A stretch of DNA of 64,000 nucleotides from Thainema sp. GTDB taxonomy: Bacteria; Cyanobacteriota; Cyanobacteriia; Phormidesmidales; Phormidesmidaceae. Positions within the stretch are counted from its first letter, which is position 1, and each line of letters begins with the position of its first letter. Where the stretch lies: the NCBI GenBank assembly GCA_052168235.1, contig JBQLZK010000018.1, positions 21,843 through 85,842 of the forward strand. The letters are read 5' to 3'. Made by a program: the position numbers and the translations under genes. The notes below the pieces were generated by a model. The model did not search any database and had not been told where the DNA came from. It worked only from the letters and a program-made list of their open reading frames with translations. Positions 18,029 through 28,644 of the stretch are shown here, one piece after another.

Positions 18029-19759
18029 CTAAATTTTGCATATCACAACGCGATCGCGCCCCTCTTGCTTCGCTTGATAAAGACCTTTATCAGCATAGGA
18101 AATCAACGACTCAATCGAACATTGATGTAGGTTAGAAGCACTCACGACTCCACAACTCAAACTAACATAAGGACTGATCTTTGAGGCTTTATGGGGAATA
18201 CAAAGCGATTTGACCTGGTGACACATTCGCTCAGCAACCTGAAGTGCAACATCAGGTTGGATATCTGTTAGGACAACAACAAACTCTTCTCCACCATAGC
18301 GGGCCACAAAATCACCTCGACGAATCGCTTGACGCAAGGCCTGAGCCACTTTGGTCAAACAAGCATCTCCTGCCTGATGCCCATAGGTATCGTTATAAAG
18401 CTTAAAATAATCTACATCACACAAGATCAGCGACAGATATCGGCTCGCTGCTAATTTGTCAGCCAAATATTGATCAAAGCAGCGACGGTTGGCAATTTGC
18501 GTCAAGGCATCAACATAGGCCAGTTGGTATAGCAAATGGTTATGATACACGACACTAATCGTGGCAGAACCAAACATTGAAAGCAACGGCGTAATGCTCG
18601 AAAACCACCAGCCGAGTTGAAAGAGCAAAAAGTTAATCCCAAATAAACCAAAACTGCCAAATCCTAAAAGAAGAGGAATGCGCTTCAGAATCAAAGAACT
18701 ACTCGATTGTTCTGGTTTGAGATTAAATGCAACAATTGCAGTCCCTATATTTGCGGCTATTAGAATGAGGAACCACTCCAACCATTCAGGACAGCCAGTT
18801 ATCCAACTTTGATCGTTTAGGGCAATATCTAATAGCTGCCGAGCCGCATGAGCATGGATAAAAACGCCTGGACTTTGCTGTGCCTGATGATAAGACGGGG
18901 CACTGTAAGGGGTTGTAAACAAATCATTGAGACTGGGGGCGGTCACGCCAATGAGAACAATGCGATCGCGAATTTGTTCAGGCGAGACTCGATCCTGCAT
19001 CACATCTAAAATAGATACCGTTTCAAATACCTGATTCGTAGCACGGTAGCCCAGGAGAATTTGGTATCCCCGAGCATCAATGTTGGTATAGCCGCCGTCG
19101 TAAGACTTCAGAGGTTTAAGAACCGTATTTCCCAGCCGTACATGGTACGGTTCATCAATTGAAACCTCTTCAGGTTTAATTCCCTGTTGCTCAAGGTAAA
19201 TGAGCGCTAAAGCCGCACCAAAACTATATTGGGTCTGCGCCTGTTCATCCATTTGCACGCTTACTAAGCTGCGCCGCACCACGTTATCTACGTCTCTAGG
19301 TAAATCTGCGATCGCAACTTGATTCTTCTGCGCCAACGTCGGCGGTGGCGCAACGGCTATGCCCTCACCGACGGTCTCAACCCCAATCAAATTTGGAGTT
19401 GTCTGAAAAACTGTCTCTATTTGCTCTGTTCCAGGAGGAACTGGCAAATCGCGATAGATATCCAAACCAATCGCACTCGGTGCATATGTTGAAATATTTT
19501 GAATTGTCTGAGCCAAATCTTCATCCGTTAAAGGCCAGCGCCCCAACTGGGATAGATCCGTCTCACTGATAGTTATAACTAAAAAGCGATGATCAGTCGT
19601 ATGCTGAAATTGGCTTCTTAAGAAGCGATCGTAAAGCGATAGTTCTAGAGATTGAAAAACACCCAAATGGCCTAAGCCGCCAATTAATGCTGTAGATGTC
19701 GCAGTAATCAGTAACAGCGATCGATACTGAAATAAAAATTGGCGGAGCTTAATCCACAT
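18029..19759 (-). CDS. CHASE2-GGDEF diguanylate cyclase
   Basis: CHASE2 (ITISE.D...GRWP, IGLDIYRDLP, IVLIGVTA, PGVFIHA), 3 TM, DALTQIANRR, RRGD I-site, GGEEF. Confidence 0.93.
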   Translation of the reverse strand: MWIKLRQFLFQYRSLLLITATSTALIGGLGHLGVFQSLELSLYDRFLRSQFQHTTDHRFLVITISETDLSQLGRWPLTDEDLAQTIQNISTYAPSAIGLDIYRDLPVPPGTEQIETVFQTTPNLIGVETVGEGIAVAPPPTLAQKNQVAIADLPRDVDNVVRRSLVSVQMDEQAQTQYSFGAALALIYLEQQGIKPEEVSIDEPYHVRLGNTVLKPLKSYDGGYTNIDARGYQILLGYRATNQVFETVSILDVMQDRVSPEQIRDRIVLIGVTAPSLNDLFTTPYSAPSYHQAQQSPGVFIHAHAARQLLDIALNDQSWITGCPEWLEWFLILIAANIGTAIVAFNLKPEQSSSSLILKRIPLLLGFGSFGLFGINFLLFQLGWWFSSITPLLSMFGSATISVVYHNHLLYQLAYVDALTQIANRRCFDQYLADKLAASRYLSLILCDVDYFKLYNDTYGHQAGDACLTKVAQALRQAIRRGDFVARYGGEEFVVVLTDIQPDVALQVAERMCHQVKSLCIPHKASKISPYVSLSCGVVSASNLHQCSIESLISYADKGLYQAKQEGRDRVVICKI

Positions 19760-19951
19760 TCTCGGTAAGACACATCAATTAGCACAGCACAAATGGTTTC
19801 TTAAAGCATTGTCATCAACCTGCTAAACTAAGAGTTCCCAATCTGGAGTTGAATGCACGGCATTCAAATAAGTCTTTACAGAATGCTGCAAACCCAACAG
19901 TCCGAAAAGACTGTCTCTGAATAACTTCTAGACAAGAATAAGAAAATTAGA

Positions 19952-20698
19952 TTAACGTACTCCAGAAGTATCTGATGCTAGCACCGCAGCTACATCACCT
20001 AAACCGACCGAATTCAACAGTGCTTTCACGAGAACAGTTTGCTGAGAATCCATAGACGCCTTCAGTGCATCAAACCAAATACCATGTTTGATGTACCAAG
20101 CAGCCTGTTCTACAGCAGACATCTGCTCAAGTTGTGTTAAGGTTGCTGCATCAATCGCTACCCGGCGAACTTGTCCCGTGATCACCGGATCATCTGGACG
20201 TAAGGATGTTCCACAAATCAGTGCAATTGACCAGTTATAGGATGTTCCAATCTCTAGCGCTGGGGCATCACCTGGCATCTGAATCATGATCAGGTCAGAG
20301 CCCGGAGTGATTGGAATAATAGTTTGATAATGACTTTCACCACTTTCCTTCTGGAGGCTCAAAAACAGCTGTGTCGCCGAGTTGCCTGAAATATGGGCAA
20401 AGTAAGTGGGATGCGCACGAGTTGTTAAATTTTGAGCAGACGAAGCAATAAGTAATTTCACGCTAGTCCCCTCAGCGACTGAACCAGAAGCGCAGACACC
20501 ATCTCCACGGGATGCGCCACCGCTGGTTCCTCCCGGTGCTCCGGTTTGAGGCGGGGTAAAGCTATTGGCCTGGATAGCCTGAAAAACAGAGTCAGACTGG
20601 GCACGAACTGGCAGTGCTACTATGCTACCGAGCAAACCGAGCGATATACAAAATAAGGGAACCCGCTGGCATGACTTAAACAAGAGTGTTTTAGACAT
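19952..20698 (-). CDS. DUF928 domain protein
   Basis: Signal peptide, F.PP..GAP....GGASRG..C, LTT.AHPT, LEIG..Y.W, GIWFDAL. Confidence 0.88.
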   Translation of the reverse strand: MSKTLLFKSCQRVPLFCISLGLLGSIVALPVRAQSDSVFQAIQANSFTPPQTGAPGGTSGGASRGDGVCASGSVAEGTSVKLLIASSAQNLTTRAHPTYFAHISGNSATQLFLSLQKESGESHYQTIIPITPGSDLIMIQMPGDAPALEIGTSYNWSIALICGTSLRPDDPVITGQVRRVAIDAATLTQLEQMSAVEQAAWYIKHGIWFDALKASMDSQQTVLVKALLNSVGLGDVAAVLASDTSGVR

Positions 20699-21030
20699 AA
20701 CGATAAAAGCTTATTCAAAGACTAATAACCCAACATATGCAGTCACACCCTATCTTCAAAGACTACTGACTCTTGGCGGATTCGGCAGTTTTATTTTTTC
20801 AAGGATATAAATAGTATACACGGATCCAGAATTAAGAAGCAATTGATACATAAATGTCAAGCAAAGAATTAATATTACCTATTCTTTTTGCGCCATATTT
20901 ATGAATGCTTTACCCAACATTGACAGGTACTTTATGTAATTTGGGGACAACTCGATTTAGATAAGCATAAAGAATATATTGGTAAAAAATGAAACCTCTT
21001 TTGTCAGATCTTGCACTTAAACATTCCTTT

Positions 21031-21127
21031 TAGAGGTTTGTCAACGTTGTTTTGATGCGTTTTGAGGGTTGATACGCTGTGCTTTGCGCGGCATACCAAC
21101 CCTCAAAGATTATTTGACGCAGCACTA
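21031..21127. mobile_element. Degenerate MITE-like hairpin element
   Basis: TAGAGGTTTGTCAA ... TTGACGCAGCACTA ends; inner TTTGAGGGTTG...CAACCCTCAAA stem. Confidence 0.45.
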
Positions 21128-21183
21128 GATGTTTGCTTGGCAAGGTTCAGGATCTGAAACTAAAGGATGAGATGATCAGTTGA

Positions 21184-23862
21184 TTAAGTCCAGCTGCCGA
21201 CTAAAACGAAGGGTGCCCAATAGTAAGGGTGCTGATACTGTGGATCATTCAGGAGCCGAAGCTGGGCCTGTCTAAGCACTTCGCCCCGAGCTTGAGAGTC
21301 ATCTTGGAGAATCTTGTAAAAATCTGCCATAAACTGGGCTGTGGATTGGTCATTAACCGACCATAACGTCGCGAGCGTGCTGCGGGCTCCAGACCGAATC
21401 GCTAACCCTGCTAAACCCAAAGCTGCCCGCCGATCGCCTGCTGCTGTTTCGCAGGCACTGAGAACCAGCAGTTCAATCGGTTTAGCGCGTGGAATCTGGC
21501 GTGCCCCTAATAACTGGTCAAATTCTTGTACGCTAATAGGCTCTTCCCAACTCAAAAGAAACGTTTCGCGCGGATTTGAGCTAAAACGCCCATGCGTTGC
21601 AAAATGCACAATGGGATAATCATTGGCATTCAGTTGCTCAGTAATAGTAGGTCGGGTAAATTGCTCATTCAGCACCACTCTAGACGGTAGAGTTGTTGAA
21701 ATTTGCTCAACTTCTTGGACGACACCGGGTAATGCTGCAAACCCTTGCCGAGCTTCAGTGATACCTCCAACTAATACTTGTAAATTAGTCTCTGCCAAGG
21801 ATTGCGATCGCAACAACTGCAAACCGGGTGTAAATGCAATGCGATACTTCTCAACCAAATAGTGTTCTCCGTCATACAGGGCAGCCATTGGCGCATTACG
21901 CAAAGTGCCGTCTAACACAAAAACTAGTGTGAGAACCTGATGTTCTGCAAGCTGAGGTTCAAATGGGCGAATCAACCAGTCGTAAATTTGGGCAGAAATA
22001 TTCAGTCGCTGCTCATTGGAGAAAACGGGATTGAGCGATTGGAGATATTGATCCAATTGAGTTTCCACCTCGGCTGCCGTCAAAGCGACAGTATGATGCT
22101 GTAGCGGCTGGTTCGGTACAGATAAGACAACTTCGACCCGATCGGGCAGCACAATAGGATAAAAAATGGCGGCTTGCGAGTCGATTTGGTCGATCCGCTG
22201 TGCGGCTGTATCGAGGCAGGCCGATCGAAAAAAGTTTTCCAATTCAGCGACTTGTAGTTCTTCAAATGTATCCTGAGCTTGGCGCAAATCGGCTTCGGAA
22301 GCGCCAAGTTGAATGAGTAAGTCAACTAAATCACGGTAAACGGGTTCTACGGTATCCCGAAAAGAAAACTGAAACTCGGCATTGGTCGCAACTAGATCTT
22401 GACGAACCTCTCTAAGTGTTTTGACCGCAGCACTATAAGATGCGATCGCATCTGCCCTGCGACCAGACTGAGCTCTAAAGATACGGCCCTGTTGCCATTG
22501 CCAACGGTAGGCAATCTCTGGCGAATTATTGAGTTCAGCCAGCATTAGTGCCTGAGCCGTCAAGCGTTCCGCAAATTCCCACTGTTCAGTCAGCTCATAA
22601 ACCTGGCCTAGTTGCCCCAGAGCTAGCGATTGCGCACGCTCATCCTGCAATTGCCGAGCCAATTGAACTGCAGCTTCTAGATTCTGGGCAATGGCTTCAG
22701 GTGTGGTTAAAACGATTGGCGTTGCAAAATTTTCAGCATCGGCTTCAAGCGTGGCTGAACTGGGTTCAGGGTCAGTTTGCAGGGTTTGGAGCAGCATAGC
22801 AGCAGCGTTGACCCGAAGATAAACGGTTTGACGACTAGCTGGTAAAGCGCCTAGATCTGCCAGTAAGTTGGGGATAAGCGGTTGTACCAACTCCCACTGC
22901 TGGGTTTCGATTAACAGTTTGATAAAAGCAACGCGTGCCTCCATTTGGGCCAAGGCAGTCGGTGCATACTGTGCTGACTGTTGGTAAAAATCCAATGCTG
23001 CGGCCCAATCACCAGCAATTTGGCTGGCCTGCCCCAAGTCATAAAAAACACTGCTGGTCAGGAGCGGATCGCCAAACTGTTGACTCAACGCTAAACTTTG
23101 CAGCAAAATCTCGTTTGCTTGCTCGATATTACCAGTCAAATACAACGCCGACCCCAGTTGCCGCAATCCGGTTGCTTTGACCAAGGATGCTGGGCTGTCC
23201 TGAAGTTCATTCCCCAGTCGTCGCAGCAATGCGCGAGCCTGACGATAGAGACCCAAGGTTTGCAGTGCTTGGGCTTGATTGAGCTTACTCCCTAAAACCC
23301 CAGCCTGATCGTCAGTCGCTCGATACGCGTCTGCTGCTACCTGCCATGTTTCATAGGCCGATTCTGCATTGCTCTGCGCCAGGTAAAGACTCGCCTGAGT
23401 ATTGAGGGCATGCGCTAAGATCTGCTGGCTAGCTTGATCGAGTGATCCCTGGTTGAGGTGCTCTAAACTAGTTGCGATCGCACGTTCTGCAGCCTCAAAA
23501 TCCCCCAGTTGCTGCTGAACAAGAGACAAATAGCTCAACGCTAAAGCAGTATTGAGGCGATCACCCCGCTGCTGAAATCCAGCACGAGCCGCTTGCCAGT
23601 AATTCAAAGCCTCAGCATATTGGCCTGCCTGATAAAACATTAACCCCTGATCCAACGCTTCTACTGGATCACTGGCTAGTTGGGCTATATTAGCCATTTC
23701 AGAGAAGGCAAACTCAGATAGCGCTGGGCGTACAATAGCCTGTGATGCAACCTCCGTTGAGATTGCAGGTAGGACTAGCGCAACCGTCAAGCTCATGAGC
23801 GCCAAGAGCAGACTGGAGCACCATCGAGGAAACCGGAGCAAACGCCAATACCAACGCACCAT
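21184..23862 (-). CDS. TPR-CHAT domain protein (caspase-like protease)
   Basis: TPR helices; QVAELENFFRSAC, VHFATHGRFSS (His), LLVLSACETAAGD (Cys), HPYYWAPFVLVG; start placed at ATG 23862 after AAGGA. Confidence 0.93.
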   Translation of the reverse strand: MVRWYWRLLRFPRWCSSLLLALMSLTVALVLPAISTEVASQAIVRPALSEFAFSEMANIAQLASDPVEALDQGLMFYQAGQYAEALNYWQAARAGFQQRGDRLNTALALSYLSLVQQQLGDFEAAERAIATSLEHLNQGSLDQASQQILAHALNTQASLYLAQSNAESAYETWQVAADAYRATDDQAGVLGSKLNQAQALQTLGLYRQARALLRRLGNELQDSPASLVKATGLRQLGSALYLTGNIEQANEILLQSLALSQQFGDPLLTSSVFYDLGQASQIAGDWAAALDFYQQSAQYAPTALAQMEARVAFIKLLIETQQWELVQPLIPNLLADLGALPASRQTVYLRVNAAAMLLQTLQTDPEPSSATLEADAENFATPIVLTTPEAIAQNLEAAVQLARQLQDERAQSLALGQLGQVYELTEQWEFAERLTAQALMLAELNNSPEIAYRWQWQQGRIFRAQSGRRADAIASYSAAVKTLREVRQDLVATNAEFQFSFRDTVEPVYRDLVDLLIQLGASEADLRQAQDTFEELQVAELENFFRSACLDTAAQRIDQIDSQAAIFYPIVLPDRVEVVLSVPNQPLQHHTVALTAAEVETQLDQYLQSLNPVFSNEQRLNISAQIYDWLIRPFEPQLAEHQVLTLVFVLDGTLRNAPMAALYDGEHYLVEKYRIAFTPGLQLLRSQSLAETNLQVLVGGITEARQGFAALPGVVQEVEQISTTLPSRVVLNEQFTRPTITEQLNANDYPIVHFATHGRFSSNPRETFLLSWEEPISVQEFDQLLGARQIPRAKPIELLVLSACETAAGDRRAALGLAGLAIRSGARSTLATLWSVNDQSTAQFMADFYKILQDDSQARGEVLRQAQLRLLNDPQYQHPYYWAPFVLVGSWT

Positions 23863-23866
23863 TTCT

Positions 23867-26458
23867 CTATCCTTCATCACGACAGCTTCCGGCAGAGACA
23901 AGATGACTTGCAGGTGGAAACATTTGGTTAGTAGGCATCGTAGCCACCAGCATCAAGTTTCCATTGTGATCTACAATCCACCCCCGTGCTTCAACTGGGC
24001 TTGTCTCAGTCAAGTCTGCTAATTCACGATCGCGACTGTTGAGAACTGCAGCTGATACAGCAATGGATTTTTTGGGTTCTTCTATGGATGTGTTGGATGC
24101 GATCGCAGTGAGCCGCAGATCTTGCCAAACAGATTGATTCAGAATTACCTGACTTGGATCAGCCGGTAGTCCACCTCGGCCAGCGATCACAAATTCATTC
24201 CCCGACAGTTGTTCACAGGTTGCGACAATTTGCTCTAGATTTTCTACCCGTTGCTCAGGTTCAACCCCTTGGCTTGGATCCACATCTGGACTGTTAATTT
24301 CAACTACCCCGCTAAACTCAGCGCCTAAAGCCGAAGAGGCCGTGATATCGCTGTCAGGAGTTAACTCTGACCGAAACTCCGTCCCAACAATGGCATTGGC
24401 CGTAACATCTACACGCCCCCCAAAATTGGCCTGAGCATTGGCCGTGATATCGCTATTTCTGAAAGCAACCAGCGCTTCCGTATCTAGCACAATATTGCCA
24501 CCCGTAGCGCTACCTGTTGCGTTTGTACTGATTCGACTTTGATTTTGCAACAACAGGAGATCCGACAGGATATAGATATTGGCCCGATTTCCCGACACTG
24601 TGTCGGCAGTAATCAAGCCGTTGTCTAAAAAAATCCTGGCTACATCCAGGTTGATATTTCCAGCCGCGCCGAAACCCGGTGGAACCCGAGAAGTACTACT
24701 GCTAGGGAAATTACTGACATTAATGGTGGCACCGTCCAACACAGATAATTCCTCTGCAGTGACCGTAATAGTGCCTCCTGCGCCCTCTCCAAACAGTGCG
24801 CTGGCAAACAATCCACTCCGACCCTCTGACGTTTGGCCGCTGAGTTCAATGGTGTTAGCGTTGACAAATAAGTCGCCAGCCGGAGCTGAAAAACTTGCCG
24901 TGCTGGTTGCAATTTGTCCACCATTGGCAACACGAAGGCGATCAGTATCGATCTGTAACGTTCCTCCAGCACCAGCAGGCGGAATTTCTGCTGCTGTTGT
25001 TAGAAGGCTGGGTATCGTTTGATTGCCATTGAAGTCTGAGCCGTTTGAAAATCCTAGAACATCAACAGTTTGGGCATTGATGATGAAATTTCCAGCATTG
25101 CCAGGGCCATAAGTACGCGTACCCGCCTGAGCCCCATTTAAGACGCGCAATTGATGGGTATGAAGGACAATATCACCGCCCTGCCCTGTAACCCCAAAAC
25201 CAACATTCGTCAAAATAGCGCTAGGCCCGATGGGAAGATCGCCAATTAGCTCAATGGTTTCTGCATTGACAATGATGTCTGCGCCTTGACCTTGGCCAAA
25301 TATATCGGCGGTAATTTGAGCGCCATCCTCCACACGAAGAATGCCGACCTGCAAATTGAGCTGACCGCCTCGCGCTGAGCTCGTGGCCTCGACATCAACA
25401 TTAATCCCCGATTGAATCGCGGCAATCAGGGGAAACGCAGAAATTGGTGGTGGAACAAAACCCGCTAAAAAGAGAGAGTCCGCTGCGATCGCAACATGCC
25501 CTCCCACACCTGTGCCGGTCGTATTAGCCAGCAGGTTTGAACCATCTAAAATTTGAATATCCTGTCCACGCAGATGGATTTGGCCACCACGAGTTGGAGC
25601 GCTGGTATCAATGGAAGCGGCATTAACCAAGCGAATATCGGCCAACTCTGCCAGACCAGCATAATCAAAGCTGTAGCCCAGACGGTTTGCCACCATTTCA
25701 ACAGTGCCGCCAGCTCCAGCTCCTACCACTACGCGCCCACCAGGAGCCGTTAGGTTGCCGCCATCAAACACAACATCACCACCAATCAACGCTAACGTTT
25801 GGCCAGAAACCAGTCCTTGCGATCGCAGTGTGCGTAAATCTCGATTAATTGAAAAATCCGGATTGGTAAACAGGTTGTGTCCACCACCACGCACCATAAT
25901 CTGTCCTGGAGTGCGCCCCAGTTGCAGCCCAATCGGAGCCGTCACCGTCAGTAAAGTCTCCCTTGTGCCAAACACGCTCCCATCCGCAAACTCAATCGCC
26001 TGTGCTGTGCTGCCCACAAATGAACCGCCAACGCTCAGAGTGGCGTTCTCACCTACAACTAGACCGTTCGGATTGAGCAGAAACAGATCAGCATTGTTTT
26101 CAACCTGCAACAAGCCATCAATCGAGGTAATTTCGCCCCCAACGACTCGTGCAAACACCCTTTGGATGCTGCCAGGATTAATCAGGTCAGGATTATTGCC
26201 AATGCGAAAAACGGCTGATCCATTCGTTGGAATTGAAAAGCGATCAAAGCTATGAAATAAATTACTCCCGACTTCTGCTCCGCCCGTAATCGAACAGTTA
26301 GTGCATCCTGGTGCAACAACCGTCCCTGTTGAACCCACTCCTGCACTCGGAGCAATTTGTCCAAATGCTGCAACAGGACAACATACAAAGCCAATCGTGA
26401 AGCCAAGTAGCTTAGGGATGAAGGTAGCACTTGCGGCAATAAACTTACGCTGAACCAT
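23867..26458 (-). CDS. Filamentous haemagglutinin N-terminal (TPS) domain exoprotein
   Basis: NLFHSFDRFSIP, RVVGG..SIDG, LFLLNPNG, beta-helix G.GG.I.I repeats, SDITASS, GRGGLP, VEARGW. Confidence 0.92.
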   Translation of the reverse strand: MVQRKFIAASATFIPKLLGFTIGFVCCPVAAFGQIAPSAGVGSTGTVVAPGCTNCSITGGAEVGSNLFHSFDRFSIPTNGSAVFRIGNNPDLINPGSIQRVFARVVGGEITSIDGLLQVENNADLFLLNPNGLVVGENATLSVGGSFVGSTAQAIEFADGSVFGTRETLLTVTAPIGLQLGRTPGQIMVRGGGHNLFTNPDFSINRDLRTLRSQGLVSGQTLALIGGDVVFDGGNLTAPGGRVVVGAGAGGTVEMVANRLGYSFDYAGLAELADIRLVNAASIDTSAPTRGGQIHLRGQDIQILDGSNLLANTTGTGVGGHVAIAADSLFLAGFVPPPISAFPLIAAIQSGINVDVEATSSARGGQLNLQVGILRVEDGAQITADIFGQGQGADIIVNAETIELIGDLPIGPSAILTNVGFGVTGQGGDIVLHTHQLRVLNGAQAGTRTYGPGNAGNFIINAQTVDVLGFSNGSDFNGNQTIPSLLTTAAEIPPAGAGGTLQIDTDRLRVANGGQIATSTASFSAPAGDLFVNANTIELSGQTSEGRSGLFASALFGEGAGGTITVTAEELSVLDGATINVSNFPSSSTSRVPPGFGAAGNINLDVARIFLDNGLITADTVSGNRANIYILSDLLLLQNQSRISTNATGSATGGNIVLDTEALVAFRNSDITANAQANFGGRVDVTANAIVGTEFRSELTPDSDITASSALGAEFSGVVEINSPDVDPSQGVEPEQRVENLEQIVATCEQLSGNEFVIAGRGGLPADPSQVILNQSVWQDLRLTAIASNTSIEEPKKSIAVSAAVLNSRDRELADLTETSPVEARGWIVDHNGNLMLVATMPTNQMFPPASHLVSAGSCRDEG

Positions 26459-26648
26459 TTTTCGCTACATCACATCCATATAGATTCATTTCATCGCTAA
26501 TCGATAGCCAGTAATTTCCGCATTGATGCACCTTTAAGGGAGAAAAATCAAAATTGCCGTTAATAAGACTAGACTGACTGTTAAATATCCCAAACTATCT
26601 TAGTCTCTCTACATTTCCTTGAATTTGATTCAAGAATTAATACTTGTG

Positions 26649-28160
26649 CTAAAATCGCTTGTGCCGCAATCGCCAACTGGCCATAATCATACCGACGAAG
26701 CCAAGAACCGATATCGGCTCGGGCACTGCAGTTGACTTAGCCTGATGAGCAACTAGCTTAAAACCTTCAGCATCTGCACGATTAACAGCTGATTGATCTA
26801 ACGTTTGCCAGCGCATGTATTGCAGGATGTCCGATTCTTGCCACCACCCGCTGGCAGTCCATTCATAAACACTATTAATTTTGCCGTTTTGCCACCACCC
26901 GCTGGCCGTCCATTCATAAACTTTACTGTCTTGAATCATCTTGCCGACATCGGCTAGCCGATTAGCAGTCAGATCCTCTTCACGCGCTATCAAGTCTGCG
27001 AGGGTTGGCAATTCGATGCCTAACACGTCGCCCAAATCCATTAGCGACTGGTCATACAGATCTGCCAAATCTAAAATCGGCGCATCATCAGCGATATCCC
27101 AACCAATCACGTTCAGGGCCATCAGATCACAGTCTTTGACAGAACGCCGCTGGCCCAAGTCCAGCATCGGATCCATGATGCCAATTACATCTCCATCGCG
27201 CTGTTCCCAATGACTACCTTGAAATGAGTCAACTGAAGTGCCAGCCGACATTTCACAATTGCGAGTTGCCCCTCCGTCCACGGAAAAATAAGCATCCTCA
27301 CTCCGAGACAAATCGATAAAGTTCTTGCCCGCTATTTGACTATTAGAGGTATAGCGAAATGCATCTAGTAGATAGGCTTGGTACTGGCTGGAGTTATTGA
27401 AATAGTTATAGCTGTAGTTGTAGTTATAACCATAGAAGCTACCGTGGCCGTAGTAACCAGTCTCAAATAGCCAGCCTGAACTACGCCACGGATCATCTAG
27501 AACAGCGTCTTGAGTATCAACAATACTGACAAAGCCAAGGTTATGACCAATTTCATGCATGATCACGCTGAGAAAATCAAGCTGATTTTCTCCAGGATTT
27601 TGGGTGACATCATAATTCCAACTAATACCAGACGCTGAGGTCAAATCATTCATCAGGATGACGCCATCTAGCCTGCTGTCATCGTTTGTATCTCCTAAAC
27701 CAAGAGCTTTGGCATTAGCGCTTGTCAGATTAACACTGTTGATTCCTCCTGTGAACGTATTGTCAATAATGCCTCGCAACTGCCGATTGTATTTACCGTC
27801 AACTGCCATCGTATTCACAGCCTGCCAATCTGTGTCAGATGCGGCATCTGCTCTTAATGCTTTATACACATCGCCAAATCTTTCTTTGGCCTGAACGCCC
27901 GGTAAAGCACCGCCAATGACGCGATCGGGTAGAGCATTCGTCATCTCAATGTAGAGATTGATTTCTGTTTCATCTGTTAAATAGGACGACCACATACGCC
28001 CAGCCGTTTCAACTACCAGCATCTGCTCGGCTGTTGTGCCAGGTGCATAGCTGAAGTTGAAGGTTACGGCATGAGCTTTGGGTACAGTCCATACAGCTAT
28101 TGGAATAGTAGTTGCGATCGCAGTCAGAGCGCGATGTTTCCAACTAAAGCGAGTAAGCAT
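26649..28160 (-). CDS. PEP-CTERM-sorted HExxH metalloprotease (NF038122-like)
   Basis: Signal peptide AHA, LTSANAKALGL, DFLSVIMHEIGHNLGF, SHW, GIMDP, DLMALNVIGWD; C-terminal VPEP + TM + basic tail. Confidence 0.88.
   Translation of the reverse strand: MLTRFSWKHRALTAIATTIPIAVWTVPKAHAVTFNFSYAPGTTAEQMLVVETAGRMWSSYLTDETEINLYIEMTNALPDRVIGGALPGVQAKERFGDVYKALRADAASDTDWQAVNTMAVDGKYNRQLRGIIDNTFTGGINSVNLTSANAKALGLGDTNDDSRLDGVILMNDLTSASGISWNYDVTQNPGENQLDFLSVIMHEIGHNLGFVSIVDTQDAVLDDPWRSSGWLFETGYYGHGSFYGYNYNYSYNYFNNSSQYQAYLLDAFRYTSNSQIAGKNFIDLSRSEDAYFSVDGGATRNCEMSAGTSVDSFQGSHWEQRDGDVIGIMDPMLDLGQRRSVKDCDLMALNVIGWDIADDAPILDLADLYDQSLMDLGDVLGIELPTLADLIAREEDLTANRLADVGKMIQDSKVYEWTASGWWQNGKINSVYEWTASGWWQESDILQYMRWQTLDQSAVNRADAEGFKLVAHQAKSTAVPEPISVLGFVGMIMASWRLRHKRF
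26838..26921. repeat. 33-bp direct repeat (51-bp period) encoding VYEWTASGWWQ twice
   Basis: TTGCCACCACCCGCTGGC(A/C)GTCCATTCATAAAC at 26838-26870 and 26889-26921. Confidence 0.9.
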
Positions 28161-28263
28161 GAGCGTGAACTCCGATTTGACGACGAATAGCCATAACCAA
28201 AACACTTGAAATACCTACAGCTATGGCAAGCCTGATTGCTGCTGGTAGTAGATGCAGTACGCA

Positions 28264-28644
28264 TTAGCGAGTACCCCCGCCCTGCATACGTCCAGGGAAC
28301 TGGCTGCCGGGATGTTCCTGATTGAACACTTGTATAGTGCTGACTACTGCGTCATCTGCGGTTACTACGCTGAGGTCACCAGGCTGACAATTACCAAAGC
28401 GATCGGTCATATCGCAGCTCCGATGTGCTTGAAATGTTGAAGCAAGGTCACCATTGGATATATCCAATAAGCTGGCGCGCCTAACGATTACAACTGCTGA
28501 GCAAGTGTCAGCAGTTGCACCGGAAGTGGAGCTGTAGCTGGCTGTGAATGCTTGTGCCGCTGATGGCAGCAAAACCCCAGCAGCCGAACTTGCCAGCAGC
28601 GCCAGCGCATATTGTTTGTGTTTCTTGTGTCTCTGTCGCGCCAT
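28264..28644 (-). CDS. Small secreted hypothetical protein
   Basis: Signal peptide MARQRHKKHKQYALALLASSAAGVLLPSAAQA; co-oriented upstream of the protease. Confidence 0.65.
   Translation of the reverse strand: MARQRHKKHKQYALALLASSAAGVLLPSAAQAFTASYSSTSGATADTCSAVVIVRRASLLDISNGDLASTFQAHRSCDMTDRFGNCQPGDLSVVTADDAVVSTIQVFNQEHPGSQFPGRMQGGGTR

Noticed and set aside
24579..26255. Plus-strand ORFs of 147 and 183 aa
   Set aside because: Antisense shadows of the haemagglutinin-like gene
26838..26921. DGR template/variable repeat pair
   Set aside because: Adjacent in-frame duplication with one difference; no reverse transcriptase nearby
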